The translations under genes were made by a program, and so were the position numbers. Shown in pieces: positions 31,191 through 43,800 of a stretch of 64,000 bases of DNA. Where the stretch lies: the NCBI RefSeq assembly GCF_009914755.1, contig NC_060933.1; one strand, 5' to 3'. The DNA comes from the human T2T-CHM13v2.0 reference genome, Homo sapiens. The notes below the pieces were generated by a model that did not search any database, was not told where the DNA came from, and saw only the letters and a program-made list of their open reading frames with translations. Within the stretch, counting starts at the first letter, position 1. Each line of letters opens with the position of its first letter.

Positions 31191-34149
31191 AATGGAATGG
31201 AACGGAATGGAATGGAATGGAATGCAATGGAATGGAATCAACCCGAGTGCAATCGAATGGAATCGAATGGAATGGAATGCAATGGAATGGATTCAACTTG
31301 AATGGAATGGAAAGAATGGAATCAACACGAGTGGAATGGCATGGAATGGAATGGAATGGAATGGAATCAACCCGAGTACAGGAGAATGGAATGGAATGGA
31401 ATGCAGTGGAATGGAATCATTAGTAATGGAATGGAAAGGAATGGAATGGAATGGAATGGAATGGAATGGAATGGAATGAACTCGATTGCAATCGAATGGA
31501 ATGGAATGGAATTAACCCGAATAGAATGGAATGGAATGGAATGGAACGGAACGGAATGGAATGGAATGGAATGGAATGGAACGGAACGGAACGGAATGGA
31601 ATGGCATGGAATGGAATGGAATGGAATGGAATCAACGCGAGTGCAGGGGAATGGAATGGAATGGAATGGAATGGAATGCAATGGAATGGAATCTTCCGGA
31701 ATGGAATGGAATGGAATGGAATGCAATGGATTCAACTCGATTGCAATGGAATGGAATAGAATGGAATGGAATGGAATGGAATGGAATTAACCCTAATAGA
31801 ATGGAATGGAATGGAATGGAATGGAACGGAATAGAACGGAATGGAAAGCAATGGAATGGAATGGAACGGAATGGAATGGAATGCTATGGAATGGAATGGA
31901 ATGGTACGGAATAGAATGGAATGGAACGAATTAGAATGGAATGGAATCGAATGGAATGGAATGGAATGGAATGGAATAAACGCGATTGCAGGGGAATGTA
32001 ATAGAACGGAATGCAATGGAATGGAATCATCCGGAATGGAATGGAATGGAATGGAATGGAATGGAATGGAATGGAATGGAATGCAATGGAATGGAACCAA
32101 CCCGAGTGCAATGGAATGGAGTGGAATGGAATGGAATGGAATGGAAGAACCCGAATGGAATGGAATGTAATGGAGAGTAAGGGAGTTAAAAAGAATCCAT
32201 CCGAATGTAATGGAATGGAATGGAACGGAATGGAATGGAATGGAATGGAATGGAATGGAATGGAATGGAATGGAATCAACCCGAGTGCAATCGAATGGAA
32301 TCGAATGGAATGGAATGCAATGGAATGGATTCAACTTGAATGGAATGGAAAGAATGGAATCAACACGAGTGGAATGGCATGGATTGCAATGGAATGGAAT
32401 GGAATAAACCTGAGTACAGGGGAATGGAATGGAATGGAAAGCAATGGAATGGCATCATCCGAAATGGAATGGAAAGGAATGGAATGGAATTGAATGGGAT
32501 GGAATGGCTTCAAACCGAATGGAATGGAATGGAATAGAATCAACACGAGTGGAATGGAATGGAATGGAATGGAATGGAATGGAATGGAATGGTATGGAAT
32601 AGAATGGAGTGGAACGAAATGGAATGGAATAGAATGCAATGGAATGGAATGGAATTGTTCCGAGGGAATAGGAGGGAATGTATTCGAGTGGAATGGAAAG
32701 GAATGGAATCAACCAGAGTGGAATGGAAGGGAATGGAATGGAATGGAAACTAATAGAATGGAATCAACCCGAGTGGAAAGGAATGGAAAGGAATGGAATG
32801 GAATGGAATGGAATGGAATGGAATGGAATCAACTCGATTGTAATGGAATGGAATGGAATGGAATGGAATGGAATGGAATGGAATTAACCCGAATACAATG
32901 GAATGGAATGCAATGGAACGGAATGTAGTGGAATGGAATGGAATCAACCCGAGTGCAGGGGAATGGAATGGAATGGAATGCAATGGAATGGAATCATCCG
33001 GAATGGAATGGAATGGAATGGAATGGAATGGATTCAACTCGAATGGAATCCACTCGATTGCAATGGAATGGAATGGAAAGGAATAGAATGGAATCAACCC
33101 GAGTGGAATGGAATGGAAAGGACTGGAATGGAGTGGAATGGAATGCAATGGAATGGAATTAACTCGATTGGAATGGAATGGAAAGGAATGGAATGGAATT
33201 AACCCGAATAGAATGGAATGGAATGGAATGGAACGGAATGGAATAGAATGGAATGGAATGGAATGGAATGGAATGGAATGGAAAGGAAACAAACCGACTG
33301 CAGGGGAATGGAATGGAATGGAATGCAATGGAATGGAATCATCCGGAACGGAATGGAATGTAATGTAATGGAATCAACTCGATTGCAATGGAATGGAATG
33401 GAATGGAATGGAATGGAATGGAATGGAATTCACCCGAATAGAATGGAATGGAATGGAATGGAAAGGAATGGAAGGGAAGGGAATGGAATGTAATCAACCC
33501 GAGTGCAGGGGAATGGAATGGAATGGAATGCAATGGAATGGAATCATCCGGAATGGAATGGAATGGAATGGAATGGAATGGAATGGAATGGAATGGAATA
33601 GAATGCAATGGAATGGAATCAACCCGAGTACAATGGAATGGAATGGAATGGAATGGAATGGAATGGAATGGAATGGAATTGAATGGAATGGAATGCCTTC
33701 AAACTGAATGGAATGGAAAGGAATGTAATCAACACGAGTGGAATGGAATCGAATGGAATGGAATGGAATGGAATGCAATGGTACGGAATAGAATGGAATG
33801 GAACGAAATGGAATGGAATGGAATGGAAAGGAATGGAATGGAACGGAATGGAATGGAATGGAATCGTTCCGAGTGGAATAGGAGGGAATGTATTCGAGTG
33901 AAATAGAAAGGAATGGAATCAACCAGAGTGCAATGGAAGGGAATGGAATGGAATGGAAACTAATAGAATGGAATCAACCCGAGTGGAATGGAATGGAAAG
34001 GACTGGAATGGAATGGAATGGAATGGAATGGAATGGAATCAACTCCATTGTAATGGAATGGAATGGAATGGAAAGGAGTGGAATGGAATGCAATGGAATT
34101 AACCCGAATACAATGAAAAGGAATGGAATGGAACGGAATGCAAAGCAAA

Positions 34150-34171
34150 GGAATCAACTCGGGTTGATTCC
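34150..34171. other. Inversion breakpoint / strand-switch junction with a near-perfect palindrome
   Basis: Sequence is GGAATCAAC-TCGG-GTTGATTCC. The 9-bp arms (34150-34158 and 34163-34171) are exact reverse complements. This is the only place in the window where pentamer polarity flips. Confidence 0.95.
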
Positions 34172-36369
34172 ATTCCCTTCTTTCCATTCCATTCCATTCC
34201 ATTCCATTCCATTCCGTTCCATTCCATTCCATTACATTCGGATTGATTCTATTCAATTCCCTTACACTCCATTACATTGCATTCCATTCGGGTAGTTTCC
34301 ACTCCATTCCATTCCCCTCCTCTCCATTCCATTGCACTCGGGTTGATTCCATTCCATTGCATTCCATTCCATTCCATTCAATTCCATTCCGTTCCATTCC
34401 ATTCCATTATATTCGTATTGATTCTATTCAACTCCCTTACTCTCCATTACATTCGATTCCATTCAGGTTGTTCCATTCCATTCCATTCCATTCCACTCCA
34501 TTCCATTGCAGTCGGGTTGATTCCATTCCATTCCATTCCATTCCGGAAGATTCCATTCCATTCCATTCCATTCCATTCCATTCCGTTCCGTTCCGTTCCA
34601 TTCCATTCCATTCCATTCTATTCGGGTTAATTCCATTCCATTCCATTCGATTGCAATCGAGTTGATTCCATTCCATTCCATTCCATTCCATTCCTTTCCT
34701 TTCCATTACGGATGATTCCATTCCATTGCATTCCATTCCATTCCATTCCCCTGTACTCGGGTTGATTCCATTCCATTCCATTCCAATCCATGCCATTCCA
34801 CTCGTGTTGATTCCATTCTTTCCATTCCATTCAAGTTGAATCCATTCCATTGCATTCCATTCCATTCGATTCCATTCGATTGCACTCGGGTTGATTCCAT
34901 TCCATTGCATTCCATTCCATCCCATTTCATTCCATTCCATTCCTTTCCATTCCATTCCATTCCATTCCATGCGATTGCAATCGAGTTGATTCCATTCCAT
35001 TCGTTTCCATTCCATTCCATTGCCTTGCATTCCACTCGGGTTGATTCCATTCCCTTCTTTCCACTCCATTACATTCCCTTCCATTCCACTCGGAATGATT
35101 GATTCCATTCCATTCCATTCCATTTCATTCCATTGCAATCCATTCCAATCCATTCCATTATATTCCATTCCACTCGAGTTGATTTCATTCCATTCCTTTC
35201 CATTCCATTCCATTCCTTTCCACTCGAGTTGATTCCATTCCATTCCATTCCTTTGCATTCCATTCCATGCCATTCCACTCGGGTTGATTCCATTCCATTC
35301 CATTCCATTCCATTCCATTCCATTCCATTGCATTCCATTCCATTCCTTTCCCCTGCACTCGGGTTGATTTCATTCCTTTCCATTCCATTTAATTCCATTC
35401 CATTCCATTCCATTCCATTCCAATCCGTTCCATTCCATTCCATTCTATTCCACTGCAATCGACTTGATTCCATTCCATTCCATTCTATTCCATTCCATTC
35501 CATTCCATTCCATTCCATTTTGTTCCAATCCATTCTATTCCGAACTATTCCATTCCATTCCATTCCATTCCATTGCATTCCATTCCATGCCATTCCACTC
35601 GGGTTGATTCCATTCCATTCCATTCCATTCGATTCCATTCCATTCCATTCCATTCCGTTCCATTCCATTTCATTACATTCGGATTGATTCTATTCAATTC
35701 CCTTACACTCCATTACATTCCATTCCATTCGGGTAGTTTCCATTCCATTCCATTCCATTCCTCTCCATTCCATTGCACTCGGTTTGATGCCATTCCATTG
35801 CATTCCATTCCATTCCATTCAATTCCATTCCGTTCCATTCCATTCCATTCCATTCGATTCCATTCCATTCCATTCCATTCCGTTCCATTCCATTTCATTA
35901 CATTCAGATTGATTCTATTCAATTCCCTAACACTCCATTATATTCCAATCCATTCTGGTTGTTTCCATTCCATTCCATTCCATTTCACTCCATTCCATTG
36001 CACTCGGTTTGATTCCATTCCATTCCATTCCATTCCATTCCGGATGATTCCATTCCATTGGATTCCATTCCATTCCATTCCCCTGCACTCAGGTTGATTC
36101 CATTCCATTCCATTCCACTCCATTCGGTTCCGTTCCATTCCATTCTATTGCATTCCATTCTATTCGGGTTAATTCCATTCCATTCTATTCCATTCCATTC
36201 CATTCCATTCCATTCCATTGCAATGGAGTTGATTCCATTCCATTCCATTCCATTCCGGATGATTCCATTCCATTGCATTCCATTCCATTCCATTCCCCTG
36301 CACTCGTGTTGATTCCATTACCTTCTATTCCATTCCATTCCGTTCCATTCCATTGCATTCCATTCTATT

Positions 36370-37290
36370 GCAATCGAGTTGATTCCATTCCATTCCTTTC
36401 CATCCCATTCCATTGCCTTGCATTCCAATCGGGTTGATTCCATTCCCTTCTTTCCACTCCATTACATTCCCTTCCATTCCACTCGGAATGATTGATTCCA
36501 TTCCATTCCATTCCATTTCATTCCATTGCAATCCATTCCAATCCATTTCATTCCATTCCACTCGAGTTGATTTCATTCCATTCCTTTCCATTCCATTCCA
36601 TTCCTTTCCACTCGAGTTGATTCCATTCCATTCCATTCCATTGCATTCTATTCCATGCCATTCCACTCGGGTTGATTCCATTCCTTTGCATTCCATTCCA
36701 TTCCATTCCATTCCATTCCATTCCATTCCATTCCGTTGCATTCCATTCCATTACATTCCGATTGATTCTATTCAACTCCCTTACTCTCCATTACATTCCA
36801 TTCCATTCGGGTTGTTCCATTCCATTCCATTCCATTCCACTCCATTCCATTGCACTCGGGTTGATTCCATTCCATTCCATTCCATTCCATTCCATTCCAT
36901 TCCGGATGATTCCATTCCATTGCATTCCGTTCCATTACATTCCCCTGCGCTCGCGTTGATTCCATTCCATTCCATTCCATTCCATTCAATTCCATTCCAT
37001 TACAATTCGTTCCATTCCATTCTATTCCGTACCATTCCATTCCATTCCATACCATTCCATTCCGTTCCATTCCATTCCATTGCATTCCATTCCATTCCAT
37101 TCCATTCCGTTCCATTCCATTCCATTCCATTCTATTCAGGTTAATCCCATTCCATTCCATTCCATTCTATTCGGATTAATTCCATTCCATGCCATTCCAT
37201 TCCGTTCTATTCCATTCCATTGCAATCGAGTTGAATCCATTGCATTTCATTCCATTCCATTCCATTCCATTCCATTCAGGAAGTTTCCAT
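36370..37290 (-). repeat. Inverted paralog of the ~4690-5540 / ~16180-17050 block
   Basis: The plus-strand ORF at 36413 begins MPCIPIGLIPFPSFHSITFPSIPLGMID, matching minus-strand ORFs at 5291, 6098 and 16797. It carries CTATTCAGGTTAA (reverse complement of TTAACCTGAATAG) near 37135. Confidence 0.8.
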
Positions 37291-40200
37291 TCCATTGTAT
37301 TCCATTCCATTCCATTCAATTCCATTCCGTTCCATTCCATTCCATTACATTCGGATTGATTCTATTCAACTCCCTTAGTCTCCATTACATTCCATTCCAT
37401 TCGGGTTGTTCCATTCCATTCCATTCCATTCCACTCCATTCCATTGCACTCGGGTTTATTCCATACCATTCCATTCCATTCCATTCCATTCCATTCCATT
37501 CCGGAAGATTCCTTTCCATTTCATTCCATTCCATTCCATTCCCCTGCACTCGCGTTGATTCCATTCCATTCCATTCCATTCCATTCCATTCCGTTCCGTT
37601 CCATTCCATTCCATTCCATTCCATTCCATTCCATTCCGTTCCGTTCCATTCCATTCCATTCCATTCCGTTCCATTCCATTCCATTACATTCGGATTGATT
37701 CTATTCAATTCTCTTACACTCCATTACATTCCATTCCATTCGGGTAGTTTCCATTCCATTCCATTCCATTCCTCTCCATTCCATTGCACTCGGGTTGATG
37801 CCATTCCATTGCATTCCATTCCATTCCATTCAATTCCATTCCGTTCCATTCCATTCCATTACATTCGGATTGATTCTATTCAACTCCCTAACTCTCCATT
37901 ACATTCCATTCCATTCGGGTTGTTCCATTCCACTCCATTCCATTCCACTCCATTCCATTGCACTCGGGTTGATTCCATTCCATTCCATTCCATTCCATTC
38001 CATTCCGGAAGATTCCATTCCATTGCATTCCATTCCATTCCATTCCCCTGCACTCGCGTTGATTCCATTCCATTCCATTCTATTCCATTCCATTCCCTTC
38101 CTTTCCGTTCCATTCCATTCCCTTCCTTTCCATTCCGTTCCGTTCCATTCCATTCCATTCCATTCTATTCGGGTTAATTCCATTCCATTCCATTCGACTG
38201 CAATGGAGTTGATTCCATTCCATTCCATTCCATTCCATTCCATTCCCTTCCTTTCCATTCCATTACGGATGATTCCATTCCATTGCATTCCATTCCATTC
38301 CATTCCCCTGTACTCAGGTTGATTCCATTCCATTCCATTCCAATCCATGCCCTTCCACTCGTGTTGATTTCATTCTTTCCATTCCATTCTAGTTGAATCC
38401 ATTCCATTGCATTCCATTCCATTCGATTCCATTCGATTACACTCGGGTTGATTCCATTCCATTGCATTCCATTCCATTCCATTCCATTCCATTCCATTCC
38501 ATTCCGTTCCATTCCATTCCATTACATTCGGATTGATTCTATTCAACTCCCTTACTCTCCATTACATTCGATTGCATTCGGGTTGTTCCATTCCATTCCA
38601 TTCCATTCCACTCCATTCCATTGCACTCGGGATGATTCCATTACATTCCATTCCATTCCGGAAGATTCCATTCCATCGCATTCCATTACATTCCATTCCC
38701 CTGCACTCGCGTTGATTCCATTCCTTTCCATTCCATTCCATTCCATTCCATTCCGTTCCGTTCCATTCCATTCCATTCCATTCCATTCCGTTCCGTTCCA
38801 TTCCATTCCATTCCATTCTATTCGGGTTAATTCCATTCCATTCCATTCCATTGCAATCGTGTTGATTCCATTCCATTCCATTCCATTCCATTCCATTCAA
38901 TTCCATTCCGTTCCATTCCATTCCATTACATTCGGATTGATTCTATTCAACTCCCTTACTCTCCATTACATTCCATTCCATTCGGGTTGTTCCATTCCAT
39001 TCCATTCCATTCCACTACATTCCATTGCACTCGGGTTTATTCCATTCCATTCCATTCCATTCCATTCCATTGCATTCCATTCCGGAAGATTCCATTCCAT
39101 TGCATTCCATTCCATTCCATTCCCCTGCACTCGCGTTGATTCCACTCCATTCCATTCCTTTCCATTTCATTCCATTCCATTCCATTCCTTTCCGTTCCAT
39201 TCCATTCCATTACAATCGAGTTGATTCCATTCCATTCCATTCCATTCCATTCCATTCCATTCCATTCCAGTCCTTTCAATTCCATTCCACTCGGGTTGAT
39301 TCCATTCTATTAGTTTCCATTCCATTCCATTCCCTTCCATTCCACTCTGGTTGATTCCATTCCTTTCCATTCCACTCGAATACATTCCCTCCTATTCCAC
39401 TCGGAACGATTGCATTTCATTCCATTCCATTCCATTCCATTCCATTCCAGTTCGTTCCATTCCATTCTATTCCGTACCATTCCATTCCATTCCTTTCCTT
39501 TCCATTCCATTCTTTTCCACTCGTGTTGATTCCATTCCTTTCCATTCCATTCTGTTTGAAGGCATTCCATTCCATTCAATTCCATTCCATTCCATTCCAT
39601 TCCATTCTATTCCATTCCATTGCAATCGAGTTGAATCCATTGCCTTTCATTCCATTCCATTCCATTCCATTCCATTCCGGAAGATTCCATTCCATTCCGT
39701 TCCATTCCATTCCATTCCCCTGCACTCGCGTTGATTCCATTCCATTCCATTCCATTCCATTCCGTTCCGTTCCATTCCATTCCATTCCATTCCATTCCAT
39801 TCCATTCCGTTCCGTTCCATTCCATTCCATTCCATTCTATTCGGGTTAATTCCTTTCCATTCCATTCGATTGCCATCGAGTTGATTCCATTCCATTCCAT
39901 TCCATTCCATTCCATTCCATTCCATTCCATTCCTTTCCATTCCATTACGGATGACTCCATTCCATTGCATTCCATTCCATTGCATTCCCCTGTACTCGGG
40001 TTGATTCCATTCCATTCCATTCCACTCCATTCGGTTCCGTTGCATTCCATTCTATTGCATTCCATTCCATTACATTCGGATTGATTCTTTTCAACTCCCT
40101 TACTCTCCATTACATTCCATTCCATTCGGGTTGTTGCATTCAATTCCATTCCATTCCACTCCATTCCATTGCACTCGGGTTGATTCCATTCCATTCCATT

Positions 40201-40806
40201 CCATTCCATTCCGGATGATTCCATTCCATTGCATTCCGTTCCATTACATTCCCCTGCACTCGGGTTGATTCCATTCCATTCCATTCCATTGCATTCGATT
40301 CCATTCCATTCCCCTGCACTCGCGTTGATTCCATTCCATTCCATTCCATTCCATTCCATTCCATTCCTTTCCATTCCAGTCTTTTCCATTCCATTCCACT
40401 CGGGTTGATTCCATTCTATTAGTTTCCATTCCATTCCATTCCCTTCCATTCCACTCTGGTTGATTCCATTCCTTTCCATTCCACTCGAATACATTCCCTC
40501 TTATTCCACTCGGAACGATTCCATTCCATTCCATTCCATTCCATTTCGTTCCATTCCATTCTATTCCGTATCATTCCATTCCATTCCATTCCATTCCATT
40601 CCATTCCATTCCATTGTACTCGGGTTGATTCCATTCCATTCCATTCCATTCCATTCCATTCAATTCCATTCCATTCCGTTGCATTCCATTCCATTACATT
40701 CGGATTGATTCTATTCAACTCCCTTTCTCTCCATTACATTCCATTCCATTTGGGTTGTTCCATTCCATTCCATTCCATTCCACTCCATTCCATTGCACTC
40801 GGGTTG

Positions 40807-43800
40807 ATTCCATTCCATTCCATTCCATTCCATTCCATTCCATTCCATTCCATTCCGGATGATTCCATTCCATTGCGTTCCGTTCCATTACATTCCCCTG
40901 CACTCGCGTTGATTCCATTCCATTCCATTCCATTCCATTCAATTCCATTCCATTACAATTCGTTCCATTCCATTCTATTCCGTACCATTCCATTCCATTC
41001 CATACCATTCCATTCCATTCCATTCCATTCCATTCCATTCCATTCCGTTCCATTCCGTTCCATTCCATTCCATTCCATTCTATTCGGGTTAATTCCATTC
41101 CATTCCATTCCATTCCATTCCATTCTATTGCATTCCATTGCAATCGAGTTGAATCAATTGCATTTCATTCCATTGCATTCCATTCCATTCCATTCCATTC
41201 CGGAACATTCCATTCCATTGCATTCCATTCCATTCCATTCCCCTGCACTTGCGTTGATTCCATTCCATTCCATTCCATTCCATTCCATCCATTCCGTTCC
41301 GTTCCGTTCCATTCCATTCCATTCCATTCCGTTCCGTTCCATTCCATTCCATTCCATTCTATTCGGGTTAATTCCATTCCATTCCATTCGATTGCAATCG
41401 AGTTGATTCCATTCCATTCCATTCCATTCCATTCCATTCCATTCCATTCCATTCCTTTCCATTCCATTACGGATGATTCCATTCCATTGCATTCCATTCC
41501 ATTCCATTCCCCTGTACTCGGGTTGATTCCATTCCATTCCATTCCAATCCATGCCATTCCACTCGTGTTGATTCCATTCTTTCAATTCCATTCATGTTGA
41601 ATCCATTCCATTGCATTCCATTCCATTCGATTCAATTCGATTGCACTCGGGTTGATTCCATTCCATTGCTTTGCATTCCATTCAATTCCATTCCATTCCA
41701 TTCCATTCCGTTCCATTCCATTCCATTACATTCGGATTGATTCTATTCAATTCCCTTACACTCCATTACATTCCATTCCATTCGGGTAGTTTCCATTCCA
41801 TTCCATTCCATTCCTCTCCATTCCATTGCACTCGGGTTGATTCCATTCCATTGCATTCCATTCTATTCCATTCAATTCCATTCCGTTCCATTCCATTCCA
41901 TTACATTCGGATTGATTCTATTCAACTCCCCTACTCTCCATTACATTCGATTCCATTCGGGTTGTTCCATTCCATTCCATTCCATTCCACTCCATTCCAT
42001 TGCACTCGGGTTGATTCCATTCCATTCCATTCCATTCCATTCCATTCCATTCCATTCCATTCCGGAAGATTCCATTCCATTGTATTCCATTCCATTCCAT
42101 TCCCCTGCACTCGCGTTGATTCCATTCCATTCCATTCCATTCCATTCCATTCTATTCCATTCTTTTCCGTTCCATTCCATTCCATTCCATTCCATTCCAA
42201 TCCATTCCATTCCGTTCCGTTCCGTTCCATTCCATTCCATTCCATTCCATTCTATTCGGGTTAATTCCATTCCATTCCATTCGATTGCAATCGAGTTGAT
42301 TCCATTCCATTCTATTCCATTCCATTCCATTCCTTTCCATTCCATTACGGATGATTCCATTCCATTGCATTCCATTCCATTCCATTCCCCTGTACTCGGG
42401 TTGATTCCATTCCATTCCATTCCAATCCATGCCATTCCACTGGTGTTGATTCCATTCTTTCCATTCCATTCAAGTTGAATCCATTCCATTGCATTCCATT
42501 CCATTCCATTCCCCTGCAGTCAGGTTGATTCCATTCCATTCCATTCCATTCCATTCCATTCCATTCCACTCCGTTCCGTTCCATTCCATTCCATTCCATT
42601 CTATTCGGGTTAATTCCATTCCATTCCATTCCATTCCATTCCAATCGAGTTGATTCCATTCCATTCCATTCCATTCCACTCCATTCCAGTCCTTTCCATT
42701 CCATTCCACTCGGGTTGATTCCAATGTATTCCTTTCCATTCCATTCCATTCCATTGCAATCGAGTTGATTCCATTGCTTTGCATTCCATTCCATTCCATT
42801 CCATTCCGGATGATTCCATTCCATTGCATTCCATTCCATTCTATTTCCCAGCACTCGGGTTGATTCCATTCCATTCCACTCCATTCCGTTCCATTCCATT
42901 CCATTCCAATGTATTCGGGTTAATTCCATTCCATTCCATTCCATTCCATTCCATTCCATTCCATTACAATCGAGTTGATTCCATTCCATTCCATTCCATT
43001 CCAGTCCTTTCCATTCCATTCCACTCGGGTTGATTCCATTCAATTAGTTTCCATTCCATTCCATTCCCTTCCATTCCACTCTGGTTGATACCATTCCTTT
43101 CCATTCCACTCGAATACATTCCCTCCTATTCCACTCGGAACGATTCCATTCCATTCCATTCCATTCCATTCCATTCCATTCCATTCCATTCCATTCCATT
43201 TCGTTCCATTCCATTCTATTCCGTATCATTCCATTCCATTCCATTTCATTCCATTCCATTCCATTCCATTGTACTCGGGTTGATTCAATTCCATTGCATT
43301 CCATTCCATTCCATTCCATTCCATTCCATTCCGTTGCATTCCATTCCATTACATTCGGATTGATTCTATTCAACTCCCTTACTCTCCATTACATTCCACT
43401 CCATTCGGGTTGTTCCATTCCATTCCATTCCATTCCACTCCATTCCATTGCACTCGGGTTCATTCCATTCCATTCCATTCCATTCCATTCCATTCCGGAT
43501 GATTCCATTCCATTGCATTCCGTTCCATTACATTCCCCTGCACTCGCGTTGATTCCATTCCATTCCATTCCATTCCATTCAATTCCATTCCATTACAATT
43601 CGTTCCATTCCATTCTATTCCGTACCATTCCATTCCATTCCATACCATTCCATTCCATTCCGTTCCATTCCGTTCCATTCCATTCCATTCCATTCTATTC
43701 GGATTAATTCCATTCCATTCCATTCCATTCCATTCTATTCCATTCCATTGCAATCGAGTTGAATCCATTGCATTTCATTCAATCCATTCCATTCCATTCC

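Larger units (their letters stand above)
1..34160 (+). repeat. Human Satellite III (HSat3)-type array, G-rich (GGAAT)n strand on +
   Basis: Continuous GGAAT pentamers interspersed with CAACCCGAGT/CAACTCGATT 10-mers, whose reverse complement matches the classical satellite III A(C/T)TCGGGTTG word. Runs off the left edge of the window. Species, chromosome and subfamily cannot be assigned without a database. Confidence 0.97.

Noticed and set aside
34100-34220. Mobile element or foreign insertion at the breakpoint
   Set aside because: Every base is explained by the two satellite modules. There is no target-site duplication, poly-A tail, or Alu/L1 sequence here or anywhere else in the window.
33000-35300. 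Fold-back chimera or perfect large palindrome at the strand switch
   Set aside because: Beyond the 9-bp arms, the module order on the two sides is not mirror-symmetric, so it is not a read fold-back or breakage-fusion palindrome.
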